Assembly: GCA_050084985.1 (NCBI GenBank)
Contig: JBITNC010000002.1
Span: 37,386,001-37,450,000, forward strand
Direction: 5' to 3'
Origin: Nageia nagi
Taxonomy: Eukaryota; Plantae; Pinophyta
DNA length: 64,000 nucleotides
A model generated the notes under the pieces. That model made no database searches. It was not told where the DNA came from and was given only the letters and a program-made list of their open reading frames with translations. Of the stretch, positions 1 through 12,045 are shown piece by piece. A program made the translations under genes and the position numbers. How positions within the stretch are numbered: position 1 is the first letter of the stretch; each line of letters begins with the position of its first letter.

Positions 1-54
1 AAAATAAATTTAATAAATATATTCAAATAATTAAATAAAAAAATTTCCAAATGA

Positions 55-255
55 GTAGCATCCACTACCTTCTCGATAACAACAAACCTACAATGAGAAT
101 TCGCTATCATTTTGATAACAAAACATCCCATAATGGGAATCCTTTATCAACCTGGTAATAGTGAATATTGTAGCAGAAATCCATTGTTAGCCAAGAATTA
201 GCAAATACTATGGTAGGAATCTACTATCAACTATGAAACAAGGAATATGTATGGA
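55..255. repeat. Degenerate tandem repeat, ~39-40 bp unit, ~5 copies
   Basis: Recurring AATCC/AATTC-anchored units (AATTCGCTATCA, AATCCTTTATCA, AATCCATTGTTA, AATCTACTATCA) spaced ~40 bp apart. Confidence 0.5.
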
Positions 256-309
256 AATAGCATATTCTTTTACAATGATTTTGGATAATTTTGTAACTTC
301 CTTCCAAAA

Positions 310-1738
310 TATGATGATCCCAAATTGGCAAATCATACTCAAACATGCCCTAGGAGAGGGACATTTTATTTCTTACTTCATAACTGATTAAAAAAGCTTA
401 GAAATGCATAAATATTCCAACAACTACATACAAGTACCAAAATTAAGCTAAACAATCCATAATTGATCAAAGATATGCAACATCTAGTTATGCTTAATGA
501 AACACACAATTGAACATGCAAATGTCTCTAATAATCTAACATTGCAATTAGGAAGCAAAAATTGGAATTAAATAATGCAACAACCACTCCAGATCCAACA
601 TGTAAACACAACGAGATAAATAACAAATTGAGATAGCAAAATATAATTGTATTGATAAGACAAGAGAGTATTGCAATTATAATATATTTTTGACTACCTA
701 AGGAGCCTGTACTAGGACTTCCTCCAATAGGGTTACATTGGATGGCTCCAAGCCTTCACCAATATCAAAAGTGGTAAGGCATAATTTAGGATTTTTCTAT
801 AGATTTTGTGATGGAACCAACAACATTCCTCTCAATATGGCTAGAGTAAACTTGAGGCTAGCCTCCTATAACCTCAAGACCTCAAATGCAAGTTCCCCTA
901 CAAGTGGTGAAGATAGAGTTCTCACACTCAATATGATAAAAGGGGTTTATAATCAATATAAACATATCTCATAATGAATAGGGGTTTCTCCTTTTATAGG
1001 TGATGTAGTCTCTCTTCTAATATTACATTGAGCTAATCCAACAATGGAGAGATGTGATTCATGTGCACATATTTACATCATCTAAGATGAGGAGCCTTGA
1101 GATAGGTGAGATCGCATCCAATGGTATAGGAAAGCAATGTCTAAGTAGTGGTGCTTTTGGTGTACCTTGGGATCAGTAGCATGGGTAAAAATACCCAAGA
1201 GGTAGGATGTGGGACCTTGGGATGCCCAATCCTTCAATGTGGGGTTAAATAAGCTATAAATGCCCAATGTCCATATATGAGAGCTATCCAATACCTCAAG
1301 ATGCTAAAATCCTTATTTGTAATAGTATGTCCAAGCTTGGAGCTCTCCTAGATGCCCTGAAGTTTGTGTTATTACATTAGGGATGCTCTACCTTGAAGAG
1401 GGGAGCACTAATGACAAGAGGACTAACTAAATACCAATATTACATTCATTAAGGCTAAAAATATGCAATGCCACTTTAAGGAGACTAATATTTCATTTAT
1501 AAATATAATTTCCTTAGTATCATAAATACATCATTATTTTCCATTTAGGGACTCAACTATACATAATGACTAGCTTAAAAAGGTATTTTTTCCATAATTA
1601 GAGCATTTAATTAAGTCTTTAAGTGCAACTTATAATAATTGATAAAAAATTACTAAAATGAACAAAATCAAACCTAAGTTAATGTTCCCATTTATCAAAG
1701 ATGAAATGAGAAAACACCTAAAAAATGGGGATATTACA
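310..1738 (-). repeat. 3' LTR of element 310-6421
   Basis: Colinear with 5019-6421; followed by a C-rich PPT complement (CTCCC). Confidence 0.92.
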
Positions 1739-3439
1739 ACTCCCAAATTGCTTTTCCCTAAGCAATTTGTAATACTCATAGTTGTAGCAGGGTCCTATTT
1801 TTCCCTTCTCTTTATCTTCATAACCATGCATCATAGAGAGAATGGAGTCTTTATGCTCCTATTACATAGCTTTGATTGCTATTATTTCATGCCTTGGTGG
1901 TGTTCTAGGTGTTCTTTCCTTTTTGATAGTCATGGGATATGGTATCCCCAAACTAAGTATAAATGAATTGAAATTGATGCTCCTTAATTCTGATTTCTTA
2001 TGAATAATAATTAAGCAAGAGGACTAAATTGAATTGCATTCATGCCCAATCATATGTAAATTATCTTCATGGTGTTTTATGTGATTATATGCCAATATGT
2101 TGTATGAAAATAAGTCTAAATGTAGATGATTAGTAATGAAATAATCATTCCAAACTAATGCTATTACTTTTCTAAGTATCTCAATTATATCTTTGATGTC
2201 CTCTACATGTTAATGTGCTTTTATATTGAGAAAATACATGTATAATGTTGTGCAATCATTTGCATACTATGTGCTTCCAACCAAGTTGTAACCATGTGTG
2301 ATCATACATGAATTGTTTACAAGCTATATGGAACCGTTTTGGACATTTTTGACTAAGTGTAGATAGGTTTGTGATGCTCTTTATCAACTTTGATATATCT
2401 CTATTTAGTATAAGATTTGTACTAATAGCATTTTAATGATTCATCTAAAGCTTTTATTCTTTAGTCATTCTATTAACATCATCATCTTACAACATGATTT
2501 CCTCTTCATTATCTAATTCATAAATATCTCCTTTTCCACTTTCTTCAACATTGGATATCTCTTCAATCAAAGAACCAAAGAGAAATTTAATAATTTTGCT
2601 TTCTTCCTCATTAACAAGATTCCATATTATTTCATACTTTATTTTTGAAATTTCAAAGTATAGCCCCCCATGCTTAGGTGAAAGTGCCATGATACTCAAA
2701 ATGTTGAAGACAAATTAGTTTCTAGTGCTCCATTGCTCTCCAGGTGTCCAACAAACTCCTTGAAAATGCGATGAAGGTTCCCAAGCTCTCTTTATACTCA
2801 ATGTCTATCATCAAGTCTCTAAGTTCCAAACTACTACTTCTAAGCTCACAAACTCCTTGAATGCATCTTTAAGAGCTCCAAGCTCTCTAGAAATCCAACA
2901 TCTACCCTTAGGCTCTTAGATTTGAAATTGCCTCTCAGAAATGTTGTGCTTTCTTCCTACTGCCCACATTTGGCTTTATGGGATCTCAAAATAATTTAAA
3001 TTTTTCTTTTCATATATATATCATGTGTTCACTCAAAAATTCAAATTTAGAGCATAATATCTAATATAATACCTCAAAAATAAAGCAATATCTCTCCTAA
3101 TTTTAATTTGCTTGTTAAGTCAAAATAGAAACTCCTTAGAATAATTTTATTTTCCTAGAAATGAAATAGAATATTTATGTATTATTTCTCAAAATATTTT
3201 TCTCTCCCTTTTTTAATATCTTACCCTTATTTATCCTAAAAACCAAAATAAATATTTTTTATCTTTTTCTTCTTTTCATTTCTACAAAAAATAAATAAAA
3301 TGCAAACTACTCAAACCTCCATGGGGAATTAAATCTTGAACTTGTGGGGTATGGGCCCAAAATAATTTTGAATGAATTTGTATGATAATTAGGCTAGCAA
3401 CTAAAAAATCCAAACTTTAATGGATGAATTTATGTAGGA

Positions 3440-3790
3440 TTACAACAAATAGAGCCTCCTACACTCCCAATGTCTCTCTTCTAGGTAACAAATTTTAGAA
3501 ATATATACAAAATTATCTCAATGTCACCTTCTTAGGCCTCCATGGTGTAGATACCATAGTGAAATTTAGTCAATAACAACAAATTAACTCTTCTTCTCCT
3601 CAAGTCCTTGTAGTGACTCAAAATTTCAAATTTTCTAGAAATTAATATGAGAATGTCCAATGGCCTTGCAAAACTCTCATTTCTTAATCCTCATGTTGTA
3701 AATTTGATAATACTTATAATTAAGTATCACTTTTGATGTAGATACAATCTATGATTGGCCTCAACAAGCCAACATCTATCCTTCAATGTC
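3440..3790 (-). pseudogene. Highly decayed Gypsy integrase-core remnant
   Basis: Minus frame reads ...LQGHWTFSY*FLENLKF*VTTRT*GEEELICCY*LNFTMVSTPWRPKKVTLR*FCIYF*NLLPRRETLGV, in the order expected for an rve N-terminal core. Many stops; weak match. Confidence 0.35.
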
Positions 3791-5005
3791 TACAAAATTT
3801 GACAAAGTGATCCAAATGTTTCTAGAATCCTAATATATGTTCCAAAATGTAATCAATATGCTAAACAAACCACTAACCAAGCCTTTAAATACCATGTTCA
3901 CCTTGTAATGGATTCAAAACGTAGATTAAACATCAAAAATGCCCTTAGTATGCGAATGCCTAGCTTAATGTTACCCCAAAACATAGAACAATCCTCTACA
4001 ATTGCTTTAGTATGCCAATGTCTAGCCTAAAATAATATCAGAATGTATAATACATAATATAATTCTCCCAGTATGCTAATATCTTCCTCAACATGGTCCT
4101 AAAATACAAAGAAAAACTCAAATATACAATCAAAATACCAACATATGGAATCAAGCGGACTCAAGATGCAAAATGAATCTCAAAAATACCTCTAAAATAC
4201 CAACATATGGCTCTAGATGAGCTTAAAAGTATCAAACTTCCTCAAATACAATCATTTTTAGCCTTAAAAAATCCCTTATTCCTTCTTCAAACTCAAACCC
4301 AAAGCTAATTAACTTCAACTTGATAGAAAAATGCTAAAATTATGAAAATGTACCTTTGTTAGATTGGACTATTCACTTGAGAGCCATAAAATTCCAAATA
4401 TATATGCAAAATAATCCTCATCAAAATATCTAGATGACCCAAGCTAAGGCAACTTCAAGAAGATTTAGGGCTTCCAAAGCCCAAACAAAATTTTTCCAAG
4501 CCTCCAATAAGCTGAATGGACTTCTCAAGAGCCTCAAAATGATGAAAGATGATCAAGGTAGGTTTAACAAACTCCTAGAATATAAAATCTAGCCTTCCAG
4601 ACTGCCAACATCTCACTCCTAGTGTCCATATCTAGCAATTGATCCTCAAAATGACCACTATGATGTTAGGTTAATTTTATCATGATGCAGTGTTCAAGAT
4701 GACAAGATCTCTCCAATAATTCCTCCTTCTTACCTAATAGGAAAGGGAAAGATCTCCCTAGCAAAATACCACTATGATTCCAACAAAATATCCATGTGAG
4801 CTAATACCATAATGATTCTCTTTCAGCTTCTTCACCAATAATATCTAACTCTTTCAACAACAACTCTCCAATAAGATGGAGAGATCTCCTCAATCTCCTC
4901 AGTAATTCTTACCCAACAATAAGGGAAAGATACCAACTCCTCAATTCAATTTAGAAAATCCTTTATGTGTGATGCCCTTGATTCTAGAAGGATGGTAGAA
5001 TCAAG

Positions 5006-5017
5006 ATTTTGATACCA
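5006..5017 (-). promoter_or_regulatory. Primer-binding site, tRNA-iMet type
   Basis: Reverse complement TGGTATCAAAAT resembles canonical TGGTATCAGAGC and lies 1 bp from the LTR. Confidence 0.8.
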
Positions 5018-5018
5018 T

Positions 5019-6421
5019 TGTGATGATTCCGAACTAGTGGATCATACTCAAACATTTCCTAAGAGAGGGATATTTCATTTCTTTCTTTGTAACTGATCAA
5101 GTAAGCTAAAAAATGCATAAATATTTTAATGACTAGTTAGGAGTGTCAAAATTATACTAAATAATCCATAATTTCTCAAAGATATCCAACATCCAATTAT
5201 GCTTAGCAAAATACACAATTGAACATATAAATATCTCTAGTAATCCAACATTGCAATTAGGGAGAAAAAATAGGAATTAATTAATGTAACAACCACTCTA
5301 GATCCAACATCCAAGCATAATGAGACAATTACCAAATCAATATGGTAAAATGTAAAATAATTACAGTATATTTTTGTCTACCTAACAAGCTTGTACTAGG
5401 ACTTCCTCCAATAAGGTTATGTTGGATGGCTCTAGGGCCTCACTAATCTCAACAGTGGTATGGTGCAATCCAAGATTTTTCTATAACTTATGTGATAGAA
5501 CTAATAATATTCCTCTCAATATGGCTAGATTATGCTTGAGGATAGCCTCTTATGACCTCAAGACCCTGAATGCAAGTTTCCCTACAAGTAGCGAAGATAG
5601 AGTTCTCATACTCATTATGATAAAAAGGGTTTATAATCAATATCAAGATAGCTCATAATGAATAGGGGTTATCCTTTTATAGGTGATGAAGTTTCTCTTC
5701 TAATCTTGCATTAAGATGATCCAACGATGGAGAGATGTAATCCCTATTCTCATGTTTACATCATCCAAGATAGGGAGCCTCAGGATATATGAGATCAAAT
5801 CCAATGGTCCAAGAATGCAATGTATAAGTAATGGTGATGTTGTGTTCTTTGGGATCAGTTTCATGGGTCCAAATACCCAAGACAGATGATGTGGGACCTT
5901 GGGATTCCCAATCCTTCAATGTAAGGTTAAATAAGTCATAAATGCTCAACATACATGCATGGGAGCCATCTAATAACTCGAGATTCTAAACTCTTTGTTT
6001 GTAGTGCCATATCCAATCTTGGGGCTCTTTTAGATGCCTTGAAGTCCATGTTATTACATTGGGAGTGCTCTACCTCAAAGAAGGGAGTACTAATGAAAAG
6101 AGGACTACCTAAATGCAAATATTACATTCATTAAGGCTAGAAATATGTAATATCTCTTTTAGAGAGACTAATATTGCATTTATAAATATATGTTTCTTGG
6201 TATCATAAATATATCATTATTGATCATTTAAGGACTCAACTATACATAAATACTAATTTAAAAGGGCCATTGTTCCATAATTAGAGCATTTAACTAAGTC
6301 TCTAAGTGGAACTTACAATAATTGTCAAAAAACTACTAAAATTGCCAAAATAACACCTAAGCTAATGTTCCTATTTATCAGAGGTGAAATAAGAAAACAC
6401 CTAAAAAATAGGGATATCACA
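5019..6421 (-). repeat. 5' LTR of element 310-6421
   Basis: TGTGATGA...TATCACA, adjacent to the PBS. Confidence 0.92.
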
Positions 6422-8043
6422 CAAAATGGGTTGGGATGGGAGGGTTGTTAAGTTCCATCATGATTATCGTTGCTCGCATTTTTAGAAGAGAAGAAAAAAT
6501 GCTAAAACTCTACAACTACAAACAATCAACTGGACATAGTTATTGTCGAACTTTGGACCACTAAAAGGTACCCAAGTTGGAGAATCCAAGTCCATGTTGT
6601 AAACCACAACACCATCATCATAAGGTTTATCACAAGTTAGAGTAACAAATAAATATTTGCCAAAAATAATTTCCTTTATCTTCCAATGATAAATATTGGG
6701 ACACCATTTCTTTGCAATCCTTCAAAATATGGTTCAATAATCCAACACTTCCATGATAATGTGATCATAGCTAACACTATCAAAATAATATGCACTTGTA
6801 CTATTATCTCTCCTAACACCATAACCTTGTAAGAGTTTCCATATCCACCTATATTGGTAGTTACAATAACTTTGCTCATAGATAATAAAGGAGAAAGTTT
6901 CATACATATTCTTGTGAAGAGATTAAAAAGGTACATTTTAAATAAATAAGTACTTGTATTTGGTATTATCTATTTTACCAAAAAAGATGAGTCTAGAGTT
7001 GGATACTTGGCATGCATTTAATTTTTGGCATTGGTTGCCTACATGAATGGCATAATCAATAACTTACTTCATGGTAAAGAAATTATTCCAAATATACATT
7101 GGAATATCAAGAAATACATTTTGATAAAGAAATATATTCTATAATTCATGTTTATAGCATAGATCATCTTGTCTACATTCATATTATATTTTTACTTTTT
7201 TTTTTTTATCAAACTTATGAATTGTGGGGTTCTTACATGCATTAAGAAAACTTAGATTTAACTAATCTCATAAAAACTAAGGAAGAGCCAAAATAACAAA
7301 TGGCCATTTCAAAGAGTTAGGATCAAAGTTACGTAATTGTAAAATAATGGTAGGGCCAAATATATGATCTTAAAAGTCAATCCAATTATTATTACAAATA
7401 TTGGAATTACAAAAATAAGTTTCATGACTACATAGAAGTAGAACAACAAGGTTCACATGTTGTCATCCTAGAAAAGAGTTAACATGAAAAAAATAATATG
7501 TTTACTAAAATACTATAATAACTTACACTATTAAAAAATGGCCATCGGGCATCAAAAATAAAGTCAAAGATTTTTTTATTTTTATTTTTATTTTTGATAT
7601 TATTTGCATTAGGCCACATCAAGCCATGTTAAGGACTTGATTTCAATAATTATTTTCTACTTCTTGATGCTAGGCTTGACTTTATGTACGATGCTATTTT
7701 GACGTAATTTTTATCAGATTTTTGACATTATGGATGATGCTATGTGTTACGATATATATTTTTTATATTCTCATGATATTTTTAATAGTAATTTGAAATT
7801 ACATGATATGTAGATGTTGCAATATCATCTCCAAACATCTCGAAATGGACAAAATTAATTGGAAATTTGAAAACTTTGAATCCATCCAACTAAAGCACCA
7901 TTTTTTGACCATGTAGTGAATCCATATTTTTGCACCACACCGACATATATTTTAATTAGAATCTTTATAAATTGTCATATGCATATTAAACTTTTCAATA
8001 TGTCTATAAAATATAAATCATTTAATTTTCATTTATGAATCAT

Positions 8044-8780
8044 TTAATTATCATTTATATCATCTTCATAAGGAGAAAATACAATATGTTTTTCTCTAGG
8101 ATCAACATCAATTACAAACCACATTGTCTCATCCTCTACATCTAGATAGAAAAATATTTGACTACAATGTTGTGGTAAAACATAAAGCTCTTTGTCTTCA
8201 GCTAAATATTTTGTGGAGTTGATTGCAAAGTATTCACTATTGACACCATCTAAGATTGTTCTTTTATTCAGTGTGTCAAACCATTTACATCTAAATAATA
8301 CACATTGGAATGACTTATAATTCAACTGAATAATTTGTTGAATTTTTTCAACATATTATAATGTTCCTTCTATCAATTTTTTTATCTTTGTACTTGACAA
8401 CTTGCTTGGTCAAAATCAACCATCACTCCATAGTCAAATGTCACTCTATTTTGATCAGTTATTTTAATTCTAAAGTGTTGACCATATGCCTATATTGAAG
8501 AGAAAACCAATTCTTGCAAATATTTACATAAACAATATTATTAGTGCAATCATTATATTTATATAAACTATCATGCTCTTATAAAAAATATCAAAAATTA
8601 AATACATATCAGTAAATTAATAATAATTACATTTTGATTACATCTAATGGCTATATTTTGAATATCTTCATTTATATTCTCATCTTCTTATCTTTCTTTC
8701 TCATCAATTGCTTTCCTTAACCATGACTTTGGACACTCTATTGGCCAATTTTCATCCCTTAGATGTGAAGGTATAGGTGT
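8044..8780 (-). pseudogene. tnpD: CACTA TnpD transposase, C-terminal part only (DUF4216 region), two exons
   Basis: SWLRKAIDEK..NEDIQNIAIRCNQN / intron ~8515-8630 / AYGQHFRIKITDQNRVTFDYGVMVDF...QIIQLNYKSFQCVLFRCKWFD...ELYVLPQHCSQIFFYLDVEDETMWFVIDVDPR. Confidence 0.85.
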
Positions 8781-8782
8781 AC

Positions 8783-8840
8783 CCCAAACCCTAACCTCTA
8801 ACCCTAAACCCTAGCCTCTAACCTCAAACCCTAACCTCTA
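8783..8840 (-). repeat. Telomere-like array (CCCTAA/CCCTAAA/CCTCTAA)
   Basis: CCCCAAACCCTAACCTCTAACCCTAAACCCTAGCCTCTAACCTCAAACCCTAACCTCTAA. Confidence 0.85.
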
Positions 8841-8846
8841 ATTTAA

Positions 8847-8849
<3 letters not shown>

Positions 8850-8880
<31 letters not shown>

Positions 8881-8901
8881 ATATATATTATATATATATA
8901 T

Positions 8902-8934
<33 letters not shown>
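8850..8934. repeat. (AT)n microsatellite
   Basis: ~85 bp of nearly pure AT dinucleotide. Confidence 0.97.
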
Positions 8935-9831
8935 CTTAAATTATTTAAATATTTAAATTTAAATTATTTAATTGATACTTCTAAATTATTTAAATTTAAT
9001 AATATTTATTTCATCTAACACCATGTCTAATGGTATTCCTGATATGGCAATCGACATCAAAAATTCCTTTAGAAGGCATTTGTAATAGCTACAAGCCAAA
9101 ACACCTTGCCCCACACCTTCATTCCAAACACACTCAAAATATATTCCTACTTCAAATTTTGGTAGGTACAAGCAAGAAGGGAGTTCTCTTCAACATTCTA
9201 CTTCATTTTTGTGGAGATTTCTCAGCCAAGTAAGAATTTTCTACCACATTCTACAATTTTTCATTTATTTCATGTATATTTTTAATTCTTTACGATTGAA
9301 TGTAAAAAGTTAGGAAAAAAAATATAGGGTTTCATAAATTTACATAAAATTAGTAAATTTGAAGGATGTTTTTAACAATTTGGAAAAAACCTAGGGTTTT
9401 TACCAAATTTACTAAAAACCCCATAAAAATTGGAAAATATCTTAAGATTTTTAACAAAATTCTCTAAAAATTGGTAAAAATCTTAAGATTTTTCTCAAAT
9501 TTATAGAGTTTTTAGAGAAATTGGTAAAAACCCTATGTATTTTTTCAAAATTCTTAATAAAAATTTCAAAATTCGAAAAAAATTCTTGAGTTTTTTCCAA
9601 TTTAGAATTTTTTTTACTAAAAATCCTAACCAAAACCAAACAAATTTTGAAAATTTACCGGAAGAAAACAATTACATAAAAATTTAGAAAAATTACCTTC
9701 TTCAATCTTCATCTTCTTAATCCGCATTAGAAAAAAAAACATTTACATAAATTATATATGAGATTTTTTTTTTCATATTTTTAAAACATAATTTTTAACA
9801 TATATTTTTATAATAATTTTTTAAAGAAAAA

Positions 9832-10345
9832 ATATCGAAAATACCACTAAATTCCATCTAATAACAAAAATACCTTTATATTTTCAAAAATATCTAATAT
9901 ACCCCGATCAACTTACCACAAAAATGATATTAATCCGATTCTCACTATCTCTTTCGAGACTGGATGAACTGGATCAGTTGGTTCTGTAACTCATTCGCTA
10001 CCTCCCTAATATTTGAAGCATTCAAATTATTTTCTCTACCATTTTTGCAGAGGGAAATAAGTAAAAAAAACGCTTGAGGTGTTGGCTTTAACTGACCCAG
10101 TCTCCATCCGATTTCGTCTGGATCTCACATTCTCTTCTGTTAGTTTATGACATTTAGGAATTGCGAAGGATATCTGGTTGACGTCTATCAACTTCATGTG
10201 ATGTTTTCACGGCGTGCTCCCATTCGTAGCATGCTTTCATTGGAGGATAAAATGATGTTCGTAAGTTCACAGGGTTATTTTAAATATTTCTCAAAATATA
10301 GGGGTACTTTTGTTATTATGAAGATTATAGGGGTATTTTAGATAT
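9832..10345. repeat. ~85-bp inverted repeats flanking a ~340-bp CpG-retaining core (MITE-like insertion or symmetric divergent promoter)
   Basis: 9832-9916 (ATATCGAAAATACC...TAATAACAAAAATACCTTTATATTTTCAAAAATATCTAATATACCCCG..AACTTAC) matches the reverse complement of 10261-10345. Confidence 0.7.
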
Positions 10346-10859
10346 ATATATTTATTTTTAAATATAATTTTTTTATCTTCATAATTAACTTAATTAATAA
10401 ATTTCATATAAAAATTTTAAATTCTAATATGAAATTTAACTTTAAGAATTTAATATAATTTAATATATCTAAATTTTCACCCTTTATATTTAAAAAATTT
10501 TAACCACCCCTTCTAACTTAAATTTTTTAATCTCTTAACTTAAATTTTTTCAACGTTCGACCTTTAACCTAAATTCTTAACCTCTTGATCCTCCCCGCTA
10601 ACTTAATTTTTTTAAATCCATTTTACCTAAGCCTCCTTATTTAATCAAACTCTTTTAACTCAAAATTTTTAACTGAGAGAAGATAGCAGGAGCTTTGGCT
10701 ACTAGGGTTTGGAGCGCTGCCGCCACCTGCATGTTCATGTTGTTTGGCCTTGGTTTTCATTCTTTGCATTCATTTGGAATACTGCGGGATCTCTACATTA
10801 ATTTGCATTGCTTGTAGTTGTCATTTCGTCGCCTTTGGCGGTAGCTATTTGGGTTAAGA

Positions 10860-12045
10860 ATGACCTCAATAGCGGTTGATGGTATGAGTGATGGCGATCG
10901 AGAAACATATAAGGAAATTCCTTTTGAAGGTCGAGCACGAGGTACCTCTTCTGTTCCTAAGCTTTTGATTCCTATAAGTGAGTTCAATTCTGCATGTCAG
11001 TGGTTTGAGTCTCATACCCTGGTTGGGTACTTTCTGGGTCGTATTCCCAATGATTCTATGCTGTGTACTTGGGTTCAACAGGTTTGGGGCCCATATGGTA
11101 TTAAAGTAGAGAATGTCCACAATTTGACTAAGGGTTTTTTTCTCTTTCATTTTGCTGAAGTCTCTCAGGCACAGAAAGCCTTATCTAAAGGACCTTGGAC
11201 AGTTCGAAATTCCCTGTTAATCCTTCAACCTTTTAATAGCCAGTTCTCTATAGAACGAAATTCTGCAACAGAAGTCCCTGTTTGGATTGAGTTTTCGAAC
11301 CTCCCTATTCCTATGTGGAGTTTTCTTAAACCCATGGCTGAGCAAATTGGAACTTTTGTGTGTTATGAGCCTGAACGTTTTTTCTCAACTCGGCCTTCTT
11401 GCCGTGTTTGTGTTAGAATTGATATCACCAAGGATAGGCCAGAAGAAATTGAAATTGTTATTGGAAATGAATCTCTTATGCAAAAAGTTTAGTATATTGG
11501 TTTACCTAACACATGTTTTCACTATCAATCTTCCCTTCACAAGATTAGGGATTGCCCTCTCATGGCAAGCCAACACAAAGCAAAATCACCTGTCTCTGTG
11601 GAGAAACCTGCTGCATCAACTCAAAATCCTTCTAAAGGGGAGGAGGAATGGAAAATGGTTTCTAACCATCATAACCGTCAATCTGTTCCATAAGAATCTA
11701 TCACTCAACCATCCCACCCTCCTCCAGTTCCTTCCTCTGAAAGCCTTCCTGGTCCAGAAGTTACTATTGTGAATCAAAACCCCTCTTCCAATCAACCTAT
11801 TCATAATGATTGGTCAAGACTTCTTTTGCTGCTGTTGTTGCTACTCCTTATTCCCAGGGTATAGAAGGAATTTTTGGTCATAAAGTTGGTCGATCTCGTA
11901 GTCCCCAAAGAGGAGCTTATGAAGGACCTTTGGAGAAAAAATGTTAGGTTGATGAGCAACTTAGAAAGGGTAATGCATTTGCAGTTTTACAAGACATGGG
12001 TTCCATGGGGGATGATATGGATCTTCAAACCCTACATAGTAACTC
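10860..12045 (+). pseudogene. LINE ORF1 (DUF4283/RRM-like domain plus zinc knuckle), disrupted
   Basis: LVGYFLGR...KGFFLFHF...GPWTVRNSLLILQPF...VPVWIEFSNLP, then CFHYQSSLHKIRDC knuckle after a TAG stop. Confidence 0.9.

Larger units (their letters stand above)
310..6421 (-). mobile_element. Non-autonomous LTR retrotransposon (Gypsy-derived, LARD-like), complete with both LTRs
   Basis: Direct repeats 310-1738 and 5019-6421 with T(G/A)...CA ends; 5-bp TSD CAAAA (305-309 and 6422-6426); reverse-complement tRNA-iMet PBS (TGATACCA, 5010-5017) next to the right LTR; only 3.3 kb of internal sequence. Confidence 0.92.
250..7110 (-). pseudogene. F-box/kelch-type (At5g15710/UFO-like) pseudogene, split by the 310-6421 LTR insertion (coding remnants ~6422-7110 and ~250-309)
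   Basis: Minus-strand fragments YLFNLFTRICMKLSPLLSM...GGYGNSYKVMVLG, IIMEVLDY, LTCDKPYDDGVVVYNM and IIMMELNN. Removing the LTR element joins PFW-KEVTKLSKIIVKEY, which resembles the W(K)E(I)xRMP motif of these proteins. Stops and frameshifts are present; the F-box motif itself was not seen. Confidence 0.55.

Noticed and set aside
738-974. Similar short ORFs at 738-974 and 5419-5658 (also 24861-25208 and 44386-44568)
   Set aside because: These are chance ORFs duplicated because they lie inside LTR pairs; no domain signal.
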